A stretch of 64,000 nucleotides of DNA from Eledone cirrhosa. Lineage: Eukaryota. The notes below the pieces were generated by a model that searched no databases, was not told where the DNA came from, and saw only the letters and a list, made by a program, of their open reading frames with translations. Every line of letters begins with the position of its first letter. Positions within the stretch are counted from its first letter, which is position 1. The stretch lies in contig OZ024741.1 of the NCBI GenBank assembly GCA_964016885.1, positions 401,450,001 to 401,514,000 on the forward strand. Reading direction: 5' to 3'. The translations under genes and the position numbers were made by a program. Of the stretch, positions 51,493-61,985 are shown one piece after another.

Positions 51493-51632
51493 CAAAATGC
51501 AGAACGTTTAATGTGGGCTGAAGAGAAATGTAAGATCATATTATCAGGGTTAATATTTGAAAGATGCCGAAATGTTCTTCCATCAACAACTGTTAAACAA
51601 TATTATGGTGACTGTATAACTGATGCATGTGG
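51493..51632 (+). CDS. Visible exon 10 (C8-3, first part)
   Basis: AG at 51491-92, GTAAG at 51633. 140 nt, phase 0-2. WAEEKCKIILSGLIFERC...YYGDCITDACG. Confidence 0.95.
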
Positions 51633-51656
51633 GTAAGTGCAATTTAGTTATATATA

Positions 51657-52520
51657 TGAAAGTATGTGGCTGGAGCAGAGCTCCGACCAGACAGAGAGTG
51701 ACCTGGTGGTGGAACAGCACGGTAGATAGGACCATTAGAGACAAAAGACTAGCATGGAATGCTTGGAAAAATGGTGGGAGTAGAGACCGATACACAACTG
51801 CTAAGAGAGAAGCTAGATGTCAGGTGTACTTAGCATGCAGGGAGGCTGAGAATAGGAGGTTTGCCAATGTCCTGCGATGAGAAGATCAGAGACGTGCAGT
51901 GTTCTGCATTGCAAGGCCGTGTGTCAGTGTAAATCAGGATGTTGTTGGAGATAAGTGTGTCCGGAATGATGCTGGTGTACTTAGTGTCACAAATGATCAG
52001 AAAAAGGAGGCCTGGAAATGTCATTATAAGAGACTGATGAATGTGGAGAACGAATGGGAGAGAGAGAAATTACCCTCAGTAGATCCGACAGAGGGACCAG
52101 CTATTGAGATTGACAAATATAGGGTCCAAGAATCAATCAAGGAAATGAAAAATGGTAAGAAGTTCTGAAGGGTCTTTGGAGTAATGTTACTCGATAAAGT
52201 GTCTAGCTCAGAGATCAGAGAGTCACTCCAGGTAGAGTTGCTACTTCTCCAAATAGAGAGATCACAGCTCTGATACTAGGGGCGTGTAGTTAGAATGTCT
52301 CAGGAAAGAATCACTGGAGAGATTTTATGGGCAAAACCAACGGACAGGAGACCCAGAGGTAGACCCCAAGTAAGATGGTTGAATAACATCTATGAGCTTG
52401 GCTGGTTTCGATTGGGGATCCAGCTGGATTAGTTGGAGACGGTTGCTTTTGCCAGCACATGCTGGAAGGAGAGTTTGAGGACTTTGCCCCCACGACCCTC
52501 CCAGGAATAAGTGGGTAATG
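51657..52520 (+). mobile_element. Decayed RTE fragments (linker region to ~52165, then the 3' end of a second family)
   Basis: VCGWSR..RVTWWWNS, KEAWKCHY.RL.N.ENEW with stop and frameshift, followed by ILWAKPTDRRPRGRP. Confidence 0.82.
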
Positions 52521-52621
52521 AAGATAGAAGAGAAGGAGGAGAAGTAAAAGGATAAGAAGGAGGAGAAGGAGAAGAAGAAATTTAAAGAAATCATAAGTAA
52601 ACGTATTTCATTTCTTTCTAG

Positions 52622-52731
52622 TTGTAACAATGGTGGAGGTGGCGAGTGTCTATGTACAGCTATTGCAAACTTTGCTACAGAATGTACTTTACTTGGAGTT
52701 CCGATAAGATGGAGGAGTCAGTCACTTTGTC
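52622..52731 (+). CDS. Visible exon 11 (C8-3, second part)
   Basis: AG at 52620-21, GTAAG at 52732. 110 nt, phase 2-1. CNNGGGGECLCTAIANFATECTLLGVPIRWRSQSLC. Confidence 0.95.
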
Positions 52732-53084
52732 GTAAGTATTATGGGAACAACTACTAACAGACAGTGTAAATGGTGGCTTGTTTCTCTATAATTTCACTGT
52801 TTTGTGTGCAAAAGGAATTTTACTTTCATGCAAAAAATAATACATCATGCAGATACATATGAATAATTACACACAATAGACTGGTACATACCAGCATATA
52901 TATAAACACCCAGTCCATACACTAAATGTAGTTGACATTAGGAAGGGCATCCAGATGTAGAAACCAAGCTAGAAACAGTTCTGTATGAGCAAGACATGGT
53001 CATCTGATCTGACTTGTCTCACATCAGGACAACTTGTCTAATCTATGCTAGCATGGAAAATGGATGTTAAACAATGATGATATA

Positions 53085-53089
53085 TGTGT

Positions 53090-53161
<72 letters not shown>
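53085..53161. repeat. (GT)n microsatellite
   Basis: Seen directly. Confidence 0.97.
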
Positions 53162-53163
<2 letters not shown>

Positions 53164-54143
53164 TAGTCCAACCCTTGTAAAGCAGTTGATGGAATTGAGA
53201 AAATATTGTGCAGAGGGAACTCTTTAGTTTTGTTTTGTTGAAGACATGACAAATTTTTTAGCGCTAGTGCTGCAAAAAAAAAATGCACCCAGTGCACTCT
53301 ATAAAGTGGCTAGTGTTAGAAAAGGTATCCAGCCAAAGAAATGTTGCAAGCATATTTAGTGTGCATATTGATATTATATGCAAATATATATGATACGTAA
53401 ATTGAAAAGTAAATTGTCTTCACTGGTGGCTTGCCACCAGGTAATTGGTGATGCTTGTGAAGGCGCTTGGCTGTTCCAGCGCCTCAGCCTCGCCACCACC
53501 TGAGGTAATGCTGCGAGTGTAATAGCTTGCCTCAAAAATTATTAGGAAGGTTTCCCAGTGCTCCCTGTGATATTGTTTTCTTTTGCTCTGGTAGCAGTTC
53601 GTTTGTCCACTGCTTTCGCCTGCCTTTTGTTGTATGTGTTTTCTTTTTTTCCCTTTCTCTTTTTTTTTGTTATGTTTGTAAAATAATAAAATAAAACTAC
53701 ATTTATAACGGTATTCACACAACTGTGAATGAAATCGTAATTGACAATATGCACATAAATTGAACGAAGACTGTGTTACACTTTCTTTTGTAGTCAGTAG
53801 AGTAATCCATGATACATTTAAAAAAGACAATATTTTATTTAAACAACATTACAGCGAAATGTTATAAAAATGATATAACAAACACTAACGGAAGATGACA
53901 GTTAAAAGTTTTAACAGAAGTGAATCTTGAAATAAACAATACATTTTATATATAAGATTATTTATGTTTAATCAAGAGCTACAACATTTAGTAAATAAAT
54001 TACATAATATTTGTTCAGGATTTATTCAAAGTAATCCAATTTATTTTAATAACATGATAAAAAAAGGAAAAACTCTGACACAGTCTTGCAGTCCTCCATT
54101 CATTATATATATATTAGATTCTCCATTCATTATATATTAGATT

Positions 54144-54333
54144 GGTGGTGAATTGGCAGTATGGGTAGAGAGTCGGATGCCATGCTTTCTAGCATAGTTA
54201 CATCTCTTTACAGTCTGAGTTCAAATCCCGCCGAGTTTAACTTTGCCTTTCATCCTTTACGGGGTCGATAAAATAAAGTACCAGTAATGTACTGGGTAAT
54301 TGCTGGCCTTGTGCCTAAAGTAGAAACAATTAT
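54144..54333 (+). mobile_element. Nin-domain-like tRNA SINE
   Basis: Same family as 33956-34150. Confidence 0.87.
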
Positions 54334-54366
54334 ATATTAGATTCTTTATAAACTTATTTTCCACAG

Positions 54367-54522
54367 CAATCCAGTGTGATGCAGGTTCCGTATATTTTGA
54401 ATGTGGAAATGCAAAACCAAAAACATGCAATGATTTATCAGGAAAAGTGGACAATGGAATTGGGAATGAATCAGCTCCATGTGTTGAAGGTTGTTTTTGC
54501 CCACAAGGTTATATAATGGAAG
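54367..54522 (+). CDS. Visible exon 12 (TIL3)
   Basis: AG at 54365-66, GTAAA at 54523. 156 nt, phase 1-1. IQCDAGSVYFECGNAKPKTC...PCVEGCFCPQGYIME. Confidence 0.95.
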
Positions 54523-54586
54523 GTAAAATTTATGATGTTTTTTACATATTTAAAAAATAATATCAATTTTTTGAAATTGTATTTAA

Positions 54587-54892
54587 CCTTTTAGCATTTA
54601 AACTGGCCATATCCGGCCAGAATTCTCTCACCTCTTTCTGTTCAAACCAGCCATAACTGGCTGATCATACTCATCTTAAGGTATTGTTCTCAAAATAAAT
54701 AACATTAAAATCTTGTAGATTCGATATTATGTGTGATAAGTGTCTGAGGTAAAGACTTTACCATGAAAATATAATAGTAAATATAGAGTTATGTAAATGT
54801 TATGTGAGATATTATGTGAGATAATTATGTAAGGTAAAGCCTTTACTGTGAAAATATGATAGTAAATATAGAGTAATCTAAATGCTAAAAGG
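54587..54892 (+). mobile_element. piggyBac-like MITE
   Basis: TTAA-CCTTTTAGCATTTA ... TAAATGCTAAAAGG-TTAA. Confidence 0.85.
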
Positions 54893-54986
54893 TTAAGAAT
54901 TTAAATTTTTTGAATATTGGACTGTATAAGTTCCTATAAACATTAAAAAAAAAAATTATTTACAATTCTCAATTTTTCCATTTTAG

Positions 54987-55083
54987 AAAGTGAATGTATA
55001 CCTGAATCGAAATGTCCATGTTATTTTGGAATTGCTAAATATCCTTCTGGAACTAAAGTTTCATTAGATCTCTGTACAGTTTG
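54987..55083 (+). CDS. Visible exon 13 (end of TIL3, E3)
   Basis: AG at 54985-86, GTGAG at 55084. 97 nt, phase 1-2. SECIPESKCPCYFGIAKYPSGTKVSLDLCTV. The gene continues beyond this point. Confidence 0.94.
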
Positions 55084-55569
55084 GTGAGTATATCTTGTTC
55101 CATTACCATGGAATGAAATACTACAAAGTATTCTATTCAATGTTCTAAAGAATCTACCAATTTGCTGTCTGTTTTTTAATTACATTAACAAAATTATTTG
55201 GTCTGTTAAATTACAGTTACTTAGACACAGACTTAGATGCTCCCATGTCTTGAGACACTTGAGGCAGCCAAAGTGCTCCAATGACCACGGTCAGTTCTAT
55301 CTATTAATACATCCTGTGTCTTGAGACACATGAGGCAGCCAAAGTGCTCCAATGACCACGGTCAGTTACATCTATCAATACATTGTTCCAACTTTTGTTG
55401 ACAGGTTTCAGATCTTTTTTGATTATCTGCTGCCAGTTCATCGTAGATGTCCTCTTTACTGCAGGCAAAACAATTCAACACAAAATAATACATATGGACA
55501 AATTAGAACAGTGAAAATAATAGGAATACTAGAGTTATAACAACATCAAGAGAATAATGAAAGAAAATA

Positions 55570-56046
55570 TGTTGCTGACAACAAAAGGTTTCTCCCTATG
55601 TACAAAAGGAAGGCTGTATGATGCCTGTGTGTGGTTCATGATGCTGCATGGTAGGGAAACATGGGCTGTGACCACAGAGAACATGCGTAAACTGGAAAGA
55701 AATAAAGCATCCATGTTTTGTTGAAAACATCAGAGAAAGGCAGAGCTAGGATGAGCTGGGGGAGAAGTTGGGCTTAAGGAGAGATGGTGTGCATGAGAGA
55801 AGACTGCATTGGTATGTATATGGACAATGATCGATGGATGAAAAAATGCCAGGAAATCCCAGTGGAAGGAAGCCACAATAGAGGATGACCAAGACCTGGG
55901 CACAGGTTGTGAGAGTGAACCTCCAAATGCTAAGACTGGCAGAGGAGATGACAAAGGATCGCGACAAGTGGAGAGATGCTGTGCTTAGAAGGACCCGTCC
56001 AACCCATGCAAGCATGGAAAATCAGAAGTAAAAATGATGATGATGA
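55570..56046 (+). mobile_element. Decayed RTE 3' fragment
   Basis: LLTTKGFSL, RLYDACV, MLHGRETWA and (TGA)n tail. Confidence 0.82.
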
Positions 56047-56708
56047 GCCACAAGTGTCATAGTTTAATGTCATTCAAACGATATACAGGGTGTCTCAAAA
56101 AAGGATATATCATTTGAAATGTTAATAGACCATCTCAGATGATACCTAATGTTTCAAAATAGCCTGTGTGTATATATAGATATCATTTGAGATGTAAATA
56201 TCCCAGAAACTCCCACTATATATTGTGTGAATTAGTGTTGTAATGGGGACACATTTTGAGGAATAAATCTTATGTTGCTCAACAATAAACCTGCCCAGTC
56301 TCAATGGTCTAGAGTGTGTAGTTCCTAGCTTCAAACTGGCATTGAATTACATTTCATCACAAATTGGTTGTAGAGAATCCCTTCTATATTCTTGTAACTT
56401 CGCAGAAACTCTTTGGCACTATTTGTTCCAATATAGAAACTATCAGTCTGGGAAAGAGAGAGGACATCTTGAAGCTGACCATTAATAAACTACCAAGATT
56501 GGAGATACAAGCATGTGGCAAGCTTTTAAATATATTTTCCTCTAGTAAATGTGAAAACTATCAGTCTGAGAGTGAAGACATCTTGAAGGCCAATCATTAA
56601 AAACCCAACAAGATTGTTGTTGTTGTTGTTACAGCTCACACCTATGCAGGTTTAGCTGGCCTCCTCCAAGGTATATCTCGTTGGAGGTCTCTTGGGTGAT
56701 TTAATGAT

Positions 56709-56868
56709 AGGGACCCCAGTCCTATTATCTTATTTCTACAGCTGAGAAAACTGGAGCAACGTGAAATAAAGTGTCTTGCTCAAGGAAACAACACATCACC
56801 CGGTGTGAGAATTTAACTCACAACCTTTTGATTGCAAGCCCAATGCTCTAACCACTAAGCTATGCGCC
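56709..56868 (-). mobile_element. 5' part of Meta/CORE-like SINE
   Basis: Homologous to 39372-39532. Confidence 0.8.
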
Positions 56869-57026
56869 TTAACAATAAGATTGGAGATACATAAACAAAA
56901 TCTTTGAGTACATGGAGGTTATGAAAAGATTCAACAATGGAAACATTACCAGTCTGAAAGAGAGGATATCTTGAAAGCCGATCATTAAAAAAACTACCAA
57001 GATTGGAGATACAATATGTTGTAAAA

Positions 57027-58872
57027 CAAAGGTTCTCAATGGGGGGGTATTTCGGAACTCCAGGGAGGGGAGCAAGGGGGCGTTAGGGGGCGTTTGAAGC
57101 TTTGGGAGCACTGGAAGGCTCTTTACTTTGGTAAGTTTTATAAGCCATATTTGTATGTCTTTGAGACAGCCAGTGTGAATGCATTTTGAATGAGCATGCA
57201 GACAGCATAACTATGGTCTGACTGCAGCTGTGAGCAGGTGTGCAGGTGTGTCTAGACATTAACAGGCAATTGAGACCCTAACAATGGAAAAACCCACAGT
57301 CAACTGGGTCAAGGACACTTTGAGTGCAGCCAGTTAGAATCTTGTCTTTCCTTCACCGATAACAATGTATTTCATGTCTGAAATTATTGACTCAACCGTA
57401 ACGAGTTAACACTATGTAGATCTATTTTATTCCCTATTGTATAAATAATATTACAAATAAAAAAAAGAAAAGAAAACACAGAAGCAGGTAGCACACACAT
57501 CTAGGACCACATATAACACATAAGCAGGTAATACAAACATCTAGGACCACATACAACAAATAATCAGGTAATAAAAACATTTAGGACCACATATAACACA
57601 TAACCAGGTAATGCATACATCTAGGACCACATACAACACATAAGGAGGTAATACACACATCTAGGACCACATACAACACACAAGCAGGTAATACATACAG
57701 CTGGGACTCATGCAATACATAAGCAGGTAATACAATCATCTAAGACTACTTACAACACACAGGCAGGTAATACATACATCTAGGACTACTTACAACACAC
57801 AGGCAGGTAATACATACATCTAGGACCACATACAACACACAAGCAGGTAATACATACAGCTGGGACCACATGCAATACATAAGCAGGTAATACAATCATC
57901 TAAGACTACTTACAACACACAGGCAGGTAATACATACATCTAGGACTACTTACAACACACAGGCAGGTAATACATACATCTAGGACTACTTACAACACAC
58001 AAGCAGGTAATACATACATCTAGGACCAAATACAACACACATTGTATCATGTGCTATGGACGACGCAAGGTTTGGTGCTGTTTCCAGACTGCACAGTAAG
58101 TCTCGCAACCGCTACAATGTAATTACATGCGGAGATCGCCGGCAACATCTTACGAAAATCCAGCCAAATCCAGTCAAAGAGTTAGCTAGACTCCATAAAG
58201 TTCAAGGGTCCCATTGAAATGAGGTCAAAGTTAAAGTAAGTTGATTTATCCGAAAACTTGGATATGCTATTGTTACAAAGCAAACTAACAATTTTTTTTA
58301 TTTGTAGTTGCAGTCTGACTGGACTGGAAACCACCTACTACAATTCACTTACTCATTTGTTGTATATATTTTACCATTTACTAATAAATATACCCTCCCG
58401 CGTGGCCATGAAAACCATCTTCTGTGGTCTCTAAGCTAACAAAGCAGAGGGGACATCAAGTTAGATATCAACATTTATTCTGTCTGTTTCATTAAAGTGA
58501 AAATTGGAAAGCTTTGAAATGATATAATTGCCACTTTCTTCCAGATAAGAGCACTCTTTGGATAGACAGAGTTGCTCTTGTATAAATGTTCAAAAGAGCT
58601 GGTATCATATAACAAATTCAAATGGTCCTTATTCATAAAAAAGAACATTTATGTTCCTTTTTTTGAAATTTATATATTTCATTTCATGGAATGTATTTAT
58701 ACTCTCAGTTGCCTGCAATGGTATCTTTGGAATATTGTTAATCAATTTTTTAGTAATCTACTGATATCAAAATCAGTAGTATATTGAAAAATGGAAAAAT
58801 AGGGTAGGAGGACGTTTCGTGATTTTAAGGGACAAAAGAGGGTGTTTGGCCTAAATGGGTTGAGAACATGTG
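57027..58872. mobile_element. Non-autonomous hAT-like DNA transposon
   Basis: TIRs CAAAGGTTCTCAA / TTGAGAACATGTG. Imperfect 8-bp TSD TTGTAAAA / GGGTAAAA. An empty site is visible at ~59481. Confidence 0.72.
57476..58041. repeat. 40-bp minisatellite, ~14 copies
   Basis: AAGCAGGTAATACATACATCTAGGACCACATACAACACAC. Confidence 0.95.
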
Positions 58873-59073
58873 GGGTAAAAGATCTACCAACTATAAACAA
58901 ATGTAAACCAGCCATGACCCACCACACAGAAAATAATTACTCAGTTATAATAGAATGTTTAACACAATTATCTATAAATAAACCTTTAAACATTACATTA
59001 TACCTATATTAACAAACTATATTAACAAACATCCTGAAGCTGACCATTAAAAATCTACTAAGATTGGAGATAC

Positions 59074-59455
59074 ATCATCATCATCATCATCCGCTTTTCC
59101 CTGCTTGCAAGGGTGGGACGGGAACTGATTCTGGCTTGATTTCTACAGCTGGATGCCCTTCCTAACACCAACCTCATTTACAGTGAGTGCTGGGTACTAT
59201 TTTTTCTGTGGCGCCTACACATCCACTTTACAGTGTGGGCTGGGTGCTTTTTTGCCGTGGCATCTCCACGTCCATTTTGCAGTAGAATGATAGGTACCCC
59301 AGTCCCTATCATCTCATTTCTATAGCTGAGTAAACTGGAGCAATGTGAAATAAAGTGTCTTGCTCAAGGAAACAACACATCACCCGGTCTGAGAATTGAA
59401 CTCACTGCCTTTCGATTGCAAGCCCAATGCTCTAACCACTAAGCCATGTGCCTCC
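59074..59455 (-). mobile_element. Meta/CORE-like tRNA SINE with RTE tail
   Basis: Close homolog of 39191-39532. Confidence 0.87.
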
Positions 59456-59717
59456 ATAGCCATGTGCCTCCATTAATATATTGTAAAAGATCTACCAACT
59501 ATAAACAATATATTTGTTAACATGGAGGTTACAAAAAGATTCAACAACAGAACCTTCTAGCTTCTTTACAGCTTCCCTTGTTTACCATTTTTTCTGTATC
59601 TTTTTTTTTTTTAATGTTTATTTTGCCTCCCGCTGGACTTCTTTATTTAAATTTTTATTTTATTTTAAAATAGAATTAGAATTTTATTTCTTGTACTCGC
59701 ACACACACACACAAATG

Positions 59718-59778
<61 letters not shown>

Positions 59779-59786
59779 TCATTCTT

Positions 59787-59822
59787 TCTTCTGATGAAGG
59801 ACTAGCGTCCGAAACGTTAAGA
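59787..59822 (+). ncRNA. Minimal type I hammerhead ribozyme
   Basis: TCTT-CTGATGA-A-GGAC tagc GTCC-GAAA-CG-TT-AAGA. A palindromic AACGTT replaces stem III. Confidence 0.8.
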
Positions 59823-60063
59823 CCCTCTTCCTGCTATAGCAAGTGTTAACCTAATATATCCCTTCCATATTCTGTACCGATTGTGTTGTTATTTCTGTTT
59901 ACCTTTTACATATATATATATATATATATATATATGTATAGAAATTTTGTATTTCGAAAGAAATACGGTTTTAGGAAGCCGTACCGTAGCTATGCAAACA
60001 CCGGTGGGGGGGGGGGGTAACGAACTCTGGTGATGTCGAGCAGAAGAAAGGGGGACAACCGCC

Positions 60064-60107
60064 ACCGTCTATGCATTTCAGGCTTAACTTGCCTTCGTCA
60101 GGACGAT
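60064..60107 (-). ncRNA. Type I hammerhead ribozyme, intact
   Basis: On minus: ATCGTC-CTGACGA-AGGC aagttaa GCCT-GAAA-TGCA-TA-GACGGT. Confidence 0.9.
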
Positions 60108-60385
60108 CCCTCCCACTACTCTGCGACTGCTGGACTAGAAGACAGGCGAGAATATATACTTTTCTCGTCTGTGTAAATGAGGTGATTAATCTCATTTGCA
60201 TATGAAGCTGCATAAGTTGGCTCAACTTATGATAAAAAAGGAATAAGATTTCGCTTCAAGCATAGCTTTATACAACATGTATAGAAATTTCGTATTTCGA
60301 AAGAAATACGGTTTTAAGACGTAGCTATGGAAACACCTTGGGGGCTAACACCCTCTGGTGATGTCCAGCAGAAGCAAGGGGGACA

Positions 60386-60429
60386 ACCGCCTATGCATTT
60401 CAGGCTTGACTGGCCATCGTCAGGACGAT
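60386..60429 (-). ncRNA. Type I hammerhead ribozyme, second copy
   Basis: On minus: ATCGTC-CTGACGA-TGGC cagtcaa GCCT-GAAA-TGCA-TA-GGCGGT. The core is intact; the first stem II pair is mismatched. Confidence 0.85.
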
Positions 60430-60631
60430 CCCTCCCACTCCTTGCGACTGCTTGACTAGATGTATATATACACACACACACTCACATATATATATATACA
60501 CACACACACGCATATATATATATATATATATATATTCATTAGTTAAGCAAAACAAGACCACAAATTTCACAAGGAAGACATTATTAAAAGATTGTCAACA
60601 TAGTTTTAGTTTGATGTAAGGAATGTAGAGA

Positions 60632-61220
60632 ATCATCATCATCATCATCATCATCATTTTACGTCCGCTTTTCCCTGCTTGCAAGGGTGGCACGGGTCTT
60701 ATTCAGCACAGCATCTCTCCACTCGTCACGGTCCCTCGTCATCTCCACCGTGAGCTTCAACGATCTGAGGTCTGTTCACACCACCTCCGCCCATGTTTTT
60801 CGTGGTCTACCTCTACCATGTCTTCCTTCAACTGGCATTTCCTGACACTTCTTTACCCAGCAGTCATCCTCCATGCGCATCACATGTCCATACCACCTCA
60901 GTCTCCTCTCCCGTACACTACATTCTATCCCTCTCAGACACAGTTTCTCTCTCAACACATTCATGCTGGGTCGTTCACGCACATTTACACTGCACATCCA
61001 ACGGAGCATGCTTGCCTCATTTCTCTCCAGCCGTCGCATATCCTCTGCGGTTGCTGCCCATGTCTCACTACCATGCAGCATCGCACTCCTCACACAGGCA
61101 TCATAGAACCGGCCTTTCGTATGCAGGGAGAAACCCTTCTTCGTCAGCAGAGGAAGCAGCTCCCTAAACTTCTTCCAACCCGTCCTTATTCTAGATACTA
61201 TGGCCTCGGAACACCCTCCT
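60632..61220 (-). mobile_element. 5'-truncated RTE LINE 3' end
   Basis: MLHGSETWA...RLRWYGHVMRMED...GRGRPRKTW, with a (GAT)n tail on minus. Confidence 0.92.
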
Positions 61221-61238
61221 GAATAATAATAATATCAA

Positions 61239-61388
61239 TAATAATTGTTTCTACTTTTGCCACAAGGCCAGCAATTATGCCAGTGAATTACTGGTACTTT
61301 ATTTTATCGACCCCCATAAGGATGAAAGCAAAGTTAACCTTGGCGGGATTTGAACTCAGTGCGTAAAGGGACATAACTGTGCTGCATG
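61239..61388 (-). mobile_element. Nin-domain-like SINE, partial
   Basis: Same family as 32761. Confidence 0.8.
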
Positions 61389-61564
61389 TCCGTTTACAAT
61401 TGTTTCGCTACTCCATATAATGTTTCTGGATCAAATGATTATAGATCATTATTGATCTGGTTCAGTTGAAAATAATTAACTGAGGTACAATTAGAGCAGC
61501 TCATTGGAACTTCAAAAGAAATATAAATTAAAATCTCTCTCTTTAAGATTGGTTACTCTTGAAC

Positions 61565-61565
<1 letters not shown>

Positions 61566-61621
<56 letters not shown>

Positions 61622-61735
61622 ATATATATATATGTATATATATGTATATATATATGTATATATATGTATATATATATGTATATATATGTATATATATATA
61701 TATACATACACACACACATATATATATATATGCAT

Positions 61736-61796
<61 letters not shown>

Positions 61797-61800
61797 CATA
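61566..61800. repeat. Compound (TA)n/(CA)n microsatellite
   Basis: Seen directly. Confidence 0.97.
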
Positions 61801-61985
61801 TGGGTTATAGTAAACATTAATAATAATATTCGATTCATTTACTAGCAAATAAACAGATGATGATTGGTCATCAACACAGCTTTACCAGGTTGTTTACTAG
61901 CAAACCAATTGAATATTTTATTTAATTTGGCCTAAAAAGTTTTTTTAAAGTTTTATATTCACTTATCTATGTCTATCTGTTTTTT

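Larger units (their letters stand above)
59934..60462 (-). mobile_element. Partial tandem (1.5-mer) hammerhead-containing retrozyme / Penelope-pLTR-like element
   Basis: Direct repeats begin ATGTATAGAAATTT at 59934 and 60277. One hammerhead per repeat. (TA)n flanks. Confidence 0.8.

Noticed and set aside
58308-58790. Possible next exon after 55083 (AG near 58307 or 58708)
   Set aside because: The translations lack the expected CxCxxGxxxC pattern, no good donor was found, and both lie inside the hAT-like element.
61504-61848. Ile/Tyr-rich ORFs
   Set aside because: Translation of (TA)n microsatellite.
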